Assembly: GCA_964345005.1 (NCBI GenBank)
Contig: CAYFPQ010000003.1
Coordinates: 1,479-65,478 of the forward strand
Source: an uncultured Victivallales bacterium
Lineage (GTDB): Bacteria; Verrucomicrobiota; Kiritimatiellia; UBA8416; JABMPJ01
Direction of reading: 5' to 3'
DNA length: 64,000 nucleotides
Both the position numbers and the translations under genes were made by a program. Below, piece after piece: positions 34,762 through 43,824 of this stretch (position 1 is the stretch's first letter; every line of letters begins with the position of its first letter). The notes below the pieces were generated by a model, which saw nothing but the letters and a program-made list of their open reading frames with translations, was not told where the DNA came from and did no database searches.

Positions 34762-35342
34762 TACTGCCCTCTCTTCATACTGCCCAACACCCGTTCCACC
34801 TGGGCCTCCAGGATCGCCGGGGTACCATCATTCCACAAAACGTAATCGGCACACGCTGCCTTGCGCATCTCCGGCCATTGCGCATCCATCCGCGCCTCGG
34901 CCTGCTCATCTGTCAGCCCGCGCTCCCGCAGGCGTGCTATCCGTGTCGCGCGCGAGGCGCAAACGCCAATCACGGCATCCCAACCCTCGCCGTAGCCCGC
35001 CTCAAACAGCAGGGGAACAACAACCACAGCCATCGTCTCCCGACGATCCTCCAGCCACTTGCTCCACGCCCGCTCCACCGCTGGATGCACCAGCGCGTTC
35101 AGTGCCCTGCGATCCTCTTTCGAGCTGAACACCCGTTCAGCCAGTGCACGCCTGTCAATGGCCCCCGATTCCGCTACGACACCTTCGCCAAAGTGCTTCA
35201 CCACGGATGCGTAGATCTCAGTGCCCTCCGCCATGGCCTCGTGGGCCAACCCATCGGCCTCGCACACTGCCACGCCGCGGGCTGACATGTATGAGGCGGC
35301 CAAGCTCTTTCCGCAGGCAATACCGCCGGTGAGCGCAATCTT
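34761..35342 (-). CDS. coaE: Dephospho-CoA kinase
   Basis: [15 protein letters not shown]-loop at the internal ATG 35342. 194 aa. Confidence 0.85.
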   Translation of the reverse strand, partial: KIALTGGIACGKSLAASYMSARGVAVCEADGLAHEAMAEGTEIYASVVKHFGEGVVAESGAIDRRALAERVFSSKEDRRALNALVHPAVERAWSKWLEDRRETMAVVVVPLLFEAGYGEGWDAVIGVCASRATRIARLRERGLTDEQAEARMDAQWPEMRKAACADYVLWNDGTPAILEAQVERVLGSMKRGQ

Positions 35343-35498
35343 CATGGTTAGAGGAATAGTCTGAAAACTCACGTGACCTGCCCCGACTCCGAGCGGTCAC
35401 AGCCACATGGAAAGCACCTGCGGATGGCAGGTAAGAGCTAGTAAAGCAAAGCACGTAAGTGGTGTCAACAATGGACTTTCGCGCTAAGACAGGCTGCA

Positions 35499-36374
35499 CT
35501 ACCCAAACAGCTCCGGCTCGCGCAGGCTCTTCGCAAACTGCTCGAATCCCAGTGCTTCATAGAGTTCCAGCAGCACCGACACGTCCGGGCTCTTGACCGT
35601 CAGCGCCTCCAAATCATCGGCGCAAGGGATATCAAGATTGAGCCGAACCATTTTCACATTCCGCTCAACCCGTTCCCAGTGCTCGGCCAGGGACCGACCG
35701 ACCTTCTTTCCCGAGAGGTCGTCCAGGTGTTCGCGGATCCCGTCCAGCGAACCGTACGTCTGAAGCAGCGTTGCAGCGGTCTTCTTTCCCACCCCCGGCA
35801 CGCCGGCGATGTTGTCGCTGCTGTCGCCAATCATTGCCAGCCACGGTATTATCTGGTCGGGCCGGACACCCGTCTTCTCCAACACGCCTTCCGGGTCCAG
35901 CGCCGGTCCTTTCCCCGACATCGGGACCACTCGGACCACTTCATCGACGGCTCGCAGGAGGTCCTTGTCGCTCGTCGCAATCATCACCGCATCCACATTA
36001 CCCCGTGCGCGTACCGCGATGGCCGCCAGCACATCATCGGCCTCCTGGCCATCGACACAAATTCGCGTGATGCCCGCTCCTTCCAGGTACGCATCGATGT
36101 GGGGAAGCTGCGAAGACAGCTCATCGGGCATGCTTTCGCGGTTGGCCTTGTACTCCACAACCAGTTCCGTACGTTCGTCGGGCAACCCGCCATCGAAGAC
36201 CACGGCCCAATGCGACGCCCCCCAGTGGTCTCGCAGATGCTCGAGCATACGAATGCAGCCGAATACGGCATTCGTCGGCTCGCCCGCGCGGTTGGTCATC
36301 CGCGGGATGGCATAGAAGGCACGATAAACCATGCCGTAGCCATCGATCAGAAGTAGTCTGCGGGGACCTGTCAT
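35499..36374 (-). CDS. 5'-3' exonuclease (FEN-like, PolI N-terminal-domain-only protein)
   Basis: LLLIDGYGMVYRAFYA, metal-binding acidic residues, HhH2 GVPGVGKKTAATLL. Internal ATG at 36374. Confidence 0.8.
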   Translation of the reverse strand: MTGPRRLLLIDGYGMVYRAFYAIPRMTNRAGEPTNAVFGCIRMLEHLRDHWGASHWAVVFDGGLPDERTELVVEYKANRESMPDELSSQLPHIDAYLEGAGITRICVDGQEADDVLAAIAVRARGNVDAVMIATSDKDLLRAVDEVVRVVPMSGKGPALDPEGVLEKTGVRPDQIIPWLAMIGDSSDNIAGVPGVGKKTAATLLQTYGSLDGIREHLDDLSGKKVGRSLAEHWERVERNVKMVRLNLDIPCADDLEALTVKSPDVSVLLELYEALGFEQFAKSLREPELFG

Positions 36375-36419
36375 GTCTTTCACACTGCGCATGAAGGGAC
36401 CCCGGTCTGTTGACGACCC

Positions 36420-36500
36420 CTCGGCTCGCTGGGGACAGCTCGCCCTTCTACCTTCCGACCTCAGCGCCAGCTCGGTAGGGCGAGGAGTCCCTTCCGAGCC
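36420..36500. repeat. Structured intergenic repeat, family B copy 1
   Basis: CGGCTCGCTGGGGACAGCTCGCCCT...CGGTAGGGCGAG...GTCCC..CGAGCCG, nested stems. The 25-nt core is identical to 63941..63965. Confidence 0.55.
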
Positions 36501-36526
36501 GCTATCGTCGCTCCCCGCCCGCAGGT

Positions 36527-39500
36527 CTACTCGGTTGCCACGTCAACCATTCCTTCGGGAAGCGGAACGTCTTCCTGCGCCTTGATCGGCAGTCCGTTCG
36601 GATCCACAAGACGTGCCGTTACGAAAATGAGCAGGTTGCGCTTCTCGCTGTGCTCGTAAGAGCTACGGAACAGGCGCCCAATCAACGGGATATCACCCAG
36701 GAAGGGAACACGGTCGTCCACATCCAGCCGCCGCTCGGTAATCATGCCGCCCATGACAACCGTGGCTCCGTTATAGATCGAGATACTCGTGTTGACCGAA
36801 CGGGTATGGAAGAAGGGCTGCTCCATCGGCACCCGAACGTCACCGAAAACAAGTCCGTAGTCCTTCCATTCCGGGTCCGACACCACTTCCGGTGTCATGT
36901 TCAGATTGATCATCTGGCCTTCCGTACTGACTTCAGGCAAGACGGAGAGGATTACACCCACTTCGCGGGTTTCGAACGTCGATGGCTCGGCTGCGAACGG
37001 AGAGACACCTTCAGGAAGCGTGATGTTGCTATCGCCGCCGCCGCCCAGATTGCTCAGCGACTTGATCTCGAACTCGGTCGGGTAAATGTACTCCGTGACA
37101 ACCTTAATCGTGGCCTCGTTACCGGACTTTGTGGTCACCTTCGGCGCCGAGAGCAAGTCGGCATGACCACGCTGCTGCAGCATGTGCAGTACCATCGAGA
37201 GCTCCGGATTGGTAAGTACACTTCCGATCCTCATGACGCTGTCGACAGTGGTGACGGCTTCACCCAAACCCGTCGGGATATAGCGGTTGCCACCGGTCAG
37301 CGACCCGTTCGCCCCCATCCCCGAGATCTCGATGCGCTGACGCGCCGAAGGCGGCAGGTTGCCCTGTCCCCGCTTCTCAGCCACCTGCCACGTGTTATCC
37401 AGCAGCCACTCGAACCCGAGCGAGTCCAGATCGGTCTGCGTTACCTCGACAAATCGAGCTTCGATCTCGATCTGACTTGGGACGACGTTCAGGACCTCAA
37501 GCACCTTATCGAAAACGGCATGATTCCGTTCGGTGTTGGCCACGACGATCTTGCCGATAGTACGAACATACTTGATGGAGGATCCATCCGGCCATTCCAC
37601 GCCCATGTCATCGAAGAAGGCTTTCCAGTCAGCTCCACCTCCTCCAACACCCGTGCCCTCGAGCGCGATGAAGTCCCCGCCACCACCACGATCGTCGCCC
37701 GCGCCCAACTCGGACTCCACCAGGCTGATCTTCTCTTCAACGGCAGGCAGCACGTCATACATGCGAACGATGATGTCACCTTCCGGGGCGTTGAAGGGCA
37801 CGATCATGACAACGCTGCCCTCGATACGGAACTTCAGATCGGCCACCTGCGTCACGATCTTCAGGGCTTCCAAGAGAGAAATATAGCGCGCTGTAAAGGT
37901 GATAAGCGGGACCTGGCCGGCCTCGCCGCCGCCGCTGTCATCCAACATGCTGGCGAACGGGTCGTCCGACGGAGCGGCCGCGGGCTTATCGGCCTGCCCA
38001 AGGCTCAGGATAATGTTTACACCCTTCTCTTCTTCCGAAATATCAGCCGGGTCAAAGTCGACACTCGCCGTCTGCAGGAAGTCGACAACGTCATGGATGT
38101 TGGCCTGGCGGAAATCGATCTCCGGAACCTTGATCGACGCCATCTTGGCACGTATACGCGTCCGGATATCCTTGTCGACCTCCTTCTCGGGGATGATATC
38201 CTCAGTCTTCTTGGCCACAGCCTCTGCGAGCCCGTAATCGCGTGGGTTCCATGCCTGCCGAACCTGCGTCATCATTTCGCGACGGGTGCTCTCCACCTCC
38301 ATCGAAGCGCGGTCGTAGCGTTTCTGGGCCACCTTCTGAATCATCCGGATGGCCTCGGTATTCTGGGGGTCGAGATGCGGCTGCAGCACGGCTTCGAATT
38401 TGGCCTGCGCCCGGTCGTACTCACCGTTGATCAAGTGCTGGCGCCCAGTCTTCAGCAGCTCGGAAACTTGATCTTGCTTGGCGATGAAGTCTTCTTGCTT
38501 CGCGCGCTGGATCGGGGCCTCGGGCACGTCATCCTCGACAGGTTCAGGATCCCTGTCCAACTCCTCCAGAAACGCGGCAGCACGAGGGTGCTTGAACGCA
38601 AGGGCACGCTCACCAAGTTCACGTGCCGCTTCGATTTCGCCCTTACGCTGCAGCGCCTTGGCCCACTGGAAGAAGTTGAGCCCCTGGCCCATACGGATGC
38701 GGCCGCGCGTCCGTGCGGTTCCGGGCCGGTCGGTGATGTAACGCTGTGCCTCCTCGAAGAGCCGCTCAGCTTCCTTGTAATCGTGCGCCTTGGCTGCAGA
38801 TTCTGCCTCGGCCAGCACCTCACGGCCGTGGGCCTCGAGGGCCTGACGGCGCAGCTCCTCCTGCTTGCTCATAACGTCTAGAGCTTGGTTGAGCGCGAGT
38901 TCAGCCTTCTCCGCCTCGCTAATCTCGACGACGGCGGGCGCAGCCGGACGCTCATCGGCAGCCACCGTCTCTTCGGCGGGCTCTACGGGATGCTCCTCCA
39001 CGGAGGCCGGCGCTTCGACGGCGTCGACAAGCAGATCCTCCGCCGGCATCTCGGCTTCGGCTTCCTCGACGGCGACTTCCTCAACGACCTCTTCAACGAC
39101 CTCTTCAACCACTGCCTCTTCGACCGGCAGCTCTTCGACCGGTTCTTCCAGCAGGTCGACGACCTCCTCAACGGGCTCGGCCTCGGCAACCGGAGCTTCA
39201 TCGATAACAGGAGGTTCGGGAACTCCCTCGGCCAGCGCATCCTGAATGGCTCCCTCAACAAGCAGGTCCAAGTCGCTCCCGGCATCCAGGTCAGCTTCCA
39301 GAGATTCGACCAAAGCGTCTTCCTCGGCGACCTCCTCAACAGCCGTCGCGTCGACCACCTCGTCGGTGACTTCTTCCACTGCCATTTCGTCGGTCGGCTC
39401 TTCCGCGACCTCTTCAGCGACGTCGGACATGCCTTTTTCGGGCTCGGCTGCGATTACATCGTCAATGGGCTCTTTGATCGCCATGTCTTCGACCGGCAGC

Positions 39501-39898
39501 TCCTCAACGATCTCCTCGGCGGGTTCTTCAGCGGCTTCTTCAGCGGGTTCCTCAACGACCATATCCACGTCTTCAGGAACGTCTTCGAGGCCTTCCTCAT
39601 CGTCCATGTCGTCGATATCCTCGACAAGCGCTTCCTCTAAATCTTCGAGTTCCTCCCCCACGTCGTCGCCCAAGTCCTCCAAGAGCTCGGCCATATCAGA
39701 ATCATCGCCCAGATCATCGAGAAGGAGATCGTCAACGTCTTCGTCCAACGAACCGCTGACGGCATCTTCGAGGAGCATTTCCTCAGAGACAATCGCACCG
39801 TCTTCATCCAAATCCTGGGCAAGAGCCAGACCGACCACACACGCCACAGCCAGCCCGCAGACGGCCATGATGACAAACCTCTCACGTCTCTGAATCAT
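36527..39898 (-). CDS. Secretin (PilQ/GspD family) with an acidic low-complexity N-terminal extension of about 300 aa plus a helical region
   Basis: C-terminal secretin domain (VVMGGMITERRLDVDDRVPFLGDIPLIGRLFRSSYEHSEKRNLLIFVTARLVD). N0-like IDFRQANIHDVVDFLQ. The N-terminal 330 aa are about 45% Asp/Glu (EEVVEEVVEEV repeats). Confidence 0.8.
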   Translation of the reverse strand: MIQRRERFVIMAVCGLAVACVVGLALAQDLDEDGAIVSEEMLLEDAVSGSLDEDVDDLLLDDLGDDSDMAELLEDLGDDVGEELEDLEEALVEDIDDMDDEEGLEDVPEDVDMVVEEPAEEAAEEPAEEIVEELPVEDMAIKEPIDDVIAAEPEKGMSDVAEEVAEEPTDEMAVEEVTDEVVDATAVEEVAEEDALVESLEADLDAGSDLDLLVEGAIQDALAEGVPEPPVIDEAPVAEAEPVEEVVDLLEEPVEELPVEEAVVEEVVEEVVEEVAVEEAEAEMPAEDLLVDAVEAPASVEEHPVEPAEETVAADERPAAPAVVEISEAEKAELALNQALDVMSKQEELRRQALEAHGREVLAEAESAAKAHDYKEAERLFEEAQRYITDRPGTARTRGRIRMGQGLNFFQWAKALQRKGEIEAARELGERALAFKHPRAAAFLEELDRDPEPVEDDVPEAPIQRAKQEDFIAKQDQVSELLKTGRQHLINGEYDRAQAKFEAVLQPHLDPQNTEAIRMIQKVAQKRYDRASMEVESTRREMMTQVRQAWNPRDYGLAEAVAKKTEDIIPEKEVDKDIRTRIRAKMASIKVPEIDFRQANIHDVVDFLQTASVDFDPADISEEEKGVNIILSLGQADKPAAAPSDDPFASMLDDSGGGEAGQVPLITFTARYISLLEALKIVTQVADLKFRIEGSVVMIVPFNAPEGDIIVRMYDVLPAVEEKISLVESELGAGDDRGGGGDFIALEGTGVGGGGADWKAFFDDMGVEWPDGSSIKYVRTIGKIVVANTERNHAVFDKVLEVLNVVPSQIEIEARFVEVTQTDLDSLGFEWLLDNTWQVAEKRGQGNLPPSARQRIEISGMGANGSLTGGNRYIPTGLGEAVTTVDSVMRIGSVLTNPELSMVLHMLQQRGHADLLSAPKVTTKSGNEATIKVVTEYIYPTEFEIKSLSNLGGGGDSNITLPEGVSPFAAEPSTFETREVGVILSVLPEVSTEGQMINLNMTPEVVSDPEWKDYGLVFGDVRVPMEQPFFHTRSVNTSISIYNGATVVMGGMITERRLDVDDRVPFLGDIPLIGRLFRSSYEHSEKRNLLIFVTARLVDPNGLPIKAQEDVPLPEGMVDVATE

Positions 39899-41004
39899 CA
39901 GGAATTTACTCCTTGCTCAAGAGGGGAAGACGACGCTTCGGGCTCTGTCCCGGTGTCACCGCTCTCCGCACATTGTCTTACTTGAAGATCGACTCCATCA
40001 AGCACGCGCTTAATTACTACACGCCCTGCTGTACTGTCAATGTCTATCAGCCTGTAGCGCTTGCCCTGGAGGTCAAATTCGTTGTTGAGTCTCAGCTTGT
40101 AAGTGCTGTCGTCGGCCTTGAAAAGAAGGGTGCAGGTATACTCGTTATACTCGACGCCTTTGCCCTTTGTGAGACGAATCAGCTTGTTGCCGCGCTTGAG
40201 CGTGAGGATGGACACATCGATATTCATGACACGTCCGAACCGCTCTACCTTCCTCAGCTTGGGCTCGTACTTGTGCAGCACAAACCCCTCGACTTCCTCG
40301 TCCAGCTTCTTGAAGTAGGTTCTGGAGTTGCCGCGCGTGTTGATGGCGAACTGCTTCTCACCGCCCGGAAGTCTGATCACGCTCTTGAACCGGAGATGGA
40401 ACGGGTCGGCCACGAGGCTCTGCACACAGAGCTTCATCACGATGCTGGGGCTGTCGTTCGAGTCAGTCGGACTGGTCTGAGGACGCGCAAGGAACTCCTC
40501 GATGTTGGTGAAGCCATCCCCGTCACCATCCTTCTGGGCGTCTGACGGGTCGCGTGGGTTCAGACCATACCGTTCCTCCCAAACATCCTTTATGCCGTCA
40601 CGATCCAAGTCACGCTCGGGATCGTCCTTGGGATCCACCGGCTGTTCGGCACGGCAGAACGGGCAGTTTTCGGCTTCGTACGGGATCGGGCGCTCGCAGT
40701 CCACGCACTGCACCCGCGTCCCAGGCAGCCACATCTTGGGCCCTTCCTTGAGAATAGCAACCTGGGTCGGTTGCTGCACCGAGTTCAGGGCGGTCTCAAG
40801 CGGCGAGACATCGACGGGCTGGGCGTCGGGATGGGTAGGCCGGATGCCGTCTATCTCCGCGATGAAGGTCTCCTGGGCCGTCTGCACGGTGCCGACATGC
40901 CAAGCCAGGTAAGATAACGATGCGATCAGCCCGATCAGTACAACAGCGGCGATCAACCGGTCATAGATGCCCCTCAGACGCGTAACGATATCTCCCAGCG
41001 CCAT
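39898..41004 (-). CDS. Hypothetical membrane-anchored protein of the pilus/secretion operon (zinc-ribbon plus thrombospondin-type-3-like Ca-binding repeats)
   Basis: N-terminal TM. CVDCERPIPYEAENCPFC. DLDRDGIKDVWEE and DGDGDGFTNIEEF. Start and stop are coupled to the flanking genes. Confidence 0.4.
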   Translation of the reverse strand: MALGDIVTRLRGIYDRLIAAVVLIGLIASLSYLAWHVGTVQTAQETFIAEIDGIRPTHPDAQPVDVSPLETALNSVQQPTQVAILKEGPKMWLPGTRVQCVDCERPIPYEAENCPFCRAEQPVDPKDDPERDLDRDGIKDVWEERYGLNPRDPSDAQKDGDGDGFTNIEEFLARPQTSPTDSNDSPSIVMKLCVQSLVADPFHLRFKSVIRLPGGEKQFAINTRGNSRTYFKKLDEEVEGFVLHKYEPKLRKVERFGRVMNIDVSILTLKRGNKLIRLTKGKGVEYNEYTCTLLFKADDSTYKLRLNNEFDLQGKRYRLIDIDSTAGRVVIKRVLDGVDLQVRQCAESGDTGTEPEASSSPLEQGVNS

Positions 41005-41006
41005 GG

Positions 41007-41996
41007 CTACGCTCCCTTTCCGCTAGTAAACTCCGCAAAACGATAGACATCGATCTCCATCGTCACTTTCATGGGCTTCTCGAGCATATCGCCGCTCATC
41101 AGCCGCTGACTGCGCGGCGGATGCGCCGGCCGATCCGCTACCAGTGCGCCCCCCTGCTGCTCTTCCGCTTTCGAGGGCGGGGTTACATCATCGCCGGCCT
41201 TCTCGATATTCAACATCGTGACCACGGCGAACATGTCGTGGGATGCCAGCGCGTTCATGATCATCAGCAGCGCGTCCTGGCGCGCCTCGAACGAGACGCC
41301 GAACCGCATTCGCGCGTGGAGGTCGTCGTCCCCCAGTAGGCCAGCGCGGGGCGAGACCTTCCACCCCCGATCCCCGCCCACGGCAACCGTGGGCATGGAA
41401 CCGCCTCTCCGACGACGCGATACGCGTCCCCCGCTCGGACCGGCGGCTACCGCCGCAGGGCCCGCGGTTTCGAACTCCTCGCGCCGCAATTTCGACAACC
41501 CGGTGGCGCCACTCTCGAAGATGATGCGGCAAACCTGATCGGCAATCACGAGCTGCTGGGCAAGCCGCGGCACGTCGGGCGGAGCGGGAAGCGTCCCGGC
41601 CGAGTAGCGCTCGAAACCGATCTGGAAATCATCGGCCAGCGCCGTCTTCGTCTTTCCGGCCACGGCCTTCAACTGATCGCGCGTCTGGCTGAACATACGC
41701 AGGAACTGGGCCGGGGTCTTCTGGATGGGCTCGATCTGCCCTTCACGAAGTGCACCTGAAAGATCCTCCATCCACCGTAACAGCTCTTTCCCGTTCTTCT
41801 CTTCCCGTTCAACGTTATCGGGCGACGGGAACGGTTTGCGTGCATAGTAGTTCTTCAGTGTGTTTACGGAACGTTTGAGTGTCCTCTCTTCCTTGCTGAA
41901 CTGGCTGATCCCTCGGAACAGAAGGAAGCTCGAAACAAGGAAGACAACAACCAGAACGGCAACCAGCACAATGACAACAACACTCTTCTTCTTCAT
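41007..41996 (-). CDS. PilO-like membrane protein (N-terminal TM plus coiled coil); assignment by position and topology only
   Basis: MKKKSVVVIVLVAVLVVVFLV TM, followed by a coiled-coil-like segment. Located between the pilM/N gene and the secretin gene. Confidence 0.3.
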   Translation of the reverse strand: MKKKSVVVIVLVAVLVVVFLVSSFLLFRGISQFSKEERTLKRSVNTLKNYYARKPFPSPDNVEREEKNGKELLRWMEDLSGALREGQIEPIQKTPAQFLRMFSQTRDQLKAVAGKTKTALADDFQIGFERYSAGTLPAPPDVPRLAQQLVIADQVCRIIFESGATGLSKLRREEFETAGPAAVAAGPSGGRVSRRRRGGSMPTVAVGGDRGWKVSPRAGLLGDDDLHARMRFGVSFEARQDALLMIMNALASHDMFAVVTMLNIEKAGDDVTPPSKAEEQQGGALVADRPAHPPRSQRLMSGDMLEKPMKVTMEIDVYRFAEFTSGKGA

Positions 41997-42022
41997 AAAC
42001 CTACCTCTGTGGCGAGCTCCAC

Positions 42023-43717
42023 CTACCTCTTGGGCGGCCGCCCACCCGGGGGTGCCTGCTTCACCGGATCGAGGACAATGGGATCCGAAAGCGGCGCCTG
42101 GACCGTGAACTCACGTGCAAAATCGTCCGACCCGACTACGGGTTCGAATGTGATCTTCGTCTCTTCCGTAAAGCACGCCAACTGACCCAGTCGGGCGGCA
42201 AACTGCTCTGTCGCCGTGGCATCGGCCTGGTCTTTGAGCTGATCAAGAAAACCACGCGCCGAAATGCTGACGGCCGTGATTTTGCCGCCTTCGATGACGG
42301 GCTCCCACCCTGTCAGCCACATTCCATCCAGCATGGCGCCGCGCACGGCATCGAGCATATCCAGCCAGGCGGTCCGCATCCGGACCACCGTCGCCAGCTC
42401 GTTCGCCTTGGATTGCACGCCACCGGTTGCCTGGCCGACCTTCTGAAGCCTGCCGGCCTGCACGTTGAGCCCCGCAACACGCTTCTTCACTTTCATCACA
42501 CGTTCGCCCAACATCTCGCGCATGCGCAGGAAGTAGATCCACCAGCAAAGCATAATCAGCACGACACCCAGAGCCGCCATGGCGAAGAAGGGCTGCCGAC
42601 GACGCAGCGTCTTGCGGGCCACGATATCGGGCGGCAGCAGGCTGATCTCTACCGGGCAGGTAAGCGAGCGACGCAGCGCCAGGCCGGCGACTTCACCCAA
42701 CACCTGGATTTCGCCGGTGATGCGCTCCTGGTCGATGCCCGGGCTGACCGGAATGTTGGCGAAGGGGTTGAGGGCTTCCACCGGCACCTTGAGCTTCTCA
42801 CGGAAGAACGTATCCATGTGGGGCAGCACCGAACTGCCACCGGCCAGGAACACGCGCGACGGCGGATTGCCGCCCTGCTGGCTACGATAGAAGTTGATCG
42901 AGCGGCTCACCTCGGCGTGGAGACGTGTCACCACGCCGCGTACGATGCGCGATACACGGTCGGCCACCTTGTTCTCGGGCCCGGCATACACACCGCCCAA
43001 GGCCACGAAACCGTGCTGACGTTTGAGCTCTTCGGCTTCTTCGTAGCCCACATCGAACTCCTTCATCAGCTCCTGCGTGGCCGCGTTGCCCGCCACCGGT
43101 ATGCTACGACTGAAAATGCGATTCTCTTCGACGAAGATCAGGTTGGAGGAGCGCGCGCCGATATCGAGCACCATCGTGCAACCGTCGAGCCCCGGGTAGT
43201 TATAGCGCACGGCGTTGTAGAGGGCCATCGGCGCCACATCCACGATCTCGGGCTCCAGGCCGGCAGCCTGGACACAGTCGGTCAGCCGTTTGATGCTCTC
43301 GATCTTGGCCGCCACCAGCATGACGTTGAGTTCCTCGGTCCCGACACCGCTGACAAGCTGGTAGTCCCATACCACCTCCTCGATCGGGAACGGGACGTTC
43401 TGCTCGGCCTCGTAATGAACCATCTGCATGATCTTGTCGCGACCCACCGGCGGCAACTTGACGTAACGGGGGAATACCGCCTGTCCGGAAACGCTCATAG
43501 CCAACGGCGCAGGCCGCATGCGGCGCTCACGCATCATCTCGCGGATGGTAGAAACGATGTAGGCCGACGTGTCGGCCTCCCAGTCGGACCCGATATCCAA
43601 TTTGCCGACAGCGTAGTCCACCAGCTGAGGCACACCGGACTTGGTGGCCTGGAACTCAGCCAGCACCAGCTTACTGGCGCCGATATCAAGAGCAAGAAGT
43701 CGATCCGATTTGAACAT
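42023..43717 (-). CDS. pilM: Type IV pilus assembly protein PilM (actin-like ATPase fold) fused to a PilN-like TM and coiled-coil C-terminal domain
   Basis: LALDIGASKLVLAEF (PilM N-terminus). NVPFPIEEVVWDY...VAPMALYNAV. Then a TM (FFAMAALGVVLIMLCWWIYFL) and PilN-like region. Confidence 0.8.
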   Translation of the reverse strand: MFKSDRLLALDIGASKLVLAEFQATKSGVPQLVDYAVGKLDIGSDWEADTSAYIVSTIREMMRERRMRPAPLAMSVSGQAVFPRYVKLPPVGRDKIMQMVHYEAEQNVPFPIEEVVWDYQLVSGVGTEELNVMLVAAKIESIKRLTDCVQAAGLEPEIVDVAPMALYNAVRYNYPGLDGCTMVLDIGARSSNLIFVEENRIFSRSIPVAGNAATQELMKEFDVGYEEAEELKRQHGFVALGGVYAGPENKVADRVSRIVRGVVTRLHAEVSRSINFYRSQQGGNPPSRVFLAGGSSVLPHMDTFFREKLKVPVEALNPFANIPVSPGIDQERITGEIQVLGEVAGLALRRSLTCPVEISLLPPDIVARKTLRRRQPFFAMAALGVVLIMLCWWIYFLRMREMLGERVMKVKKRVAGLNVQAGRLQKVGQATGGVQSKANELATVVRMRTAWLDMLDAVRGAMLDGMWLTGWEPVIEGGKITAVSISARGFLDQLKDQADATATEQFAARLGQLACFTEETKITFEPVVGSDDFAREFTVQAPLSDPIVLDPVKQAPPGGRPPKR

Positions 43718-43729
43718 GTTTGCTACATC

Positions 43730-43765
43730 CTAATCATAATCGTAATCGTAATCATAATCCCGATT
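43730..43765. promoter_or_regulatory. Perfect 14-bp inverted repeat built from AATCRT hexamer repeats, 13 nt upstream of the pilM start codon
   Basis: TCGTAATCGTAATC-ataatccc-GATTACGATTACGA, embedded in aatcataatcgtaatcgtaatcataatc. Confidence 0.5.
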
Positions 43766-43824
43766 ACGATTACGACACTCGAGTTTCAGACTACCCCCTG
43801 CATCCTGAGCCCTGCATCGCTCCC

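Noticed and set aside
35373-35498. 125-nt gap between coaE and the exonuclease gene examined for a tRNA or small RNA
   Set aside because: No T-loop (GTTCGAATCC-like) or cloverleaf pairing evident. No tRNA-like sequence found anywhere in the window by eye.
38850-39830. Periodic short repeats in the acidic secretin region, and the 36-nt repeats in the H1-like gene (20800..21115), considered as possible CRISPR arrays
   Set aside because: The repeats are in-frame coding low-complexity. There are no unique spacers of regular length, no leader and no cas genes.
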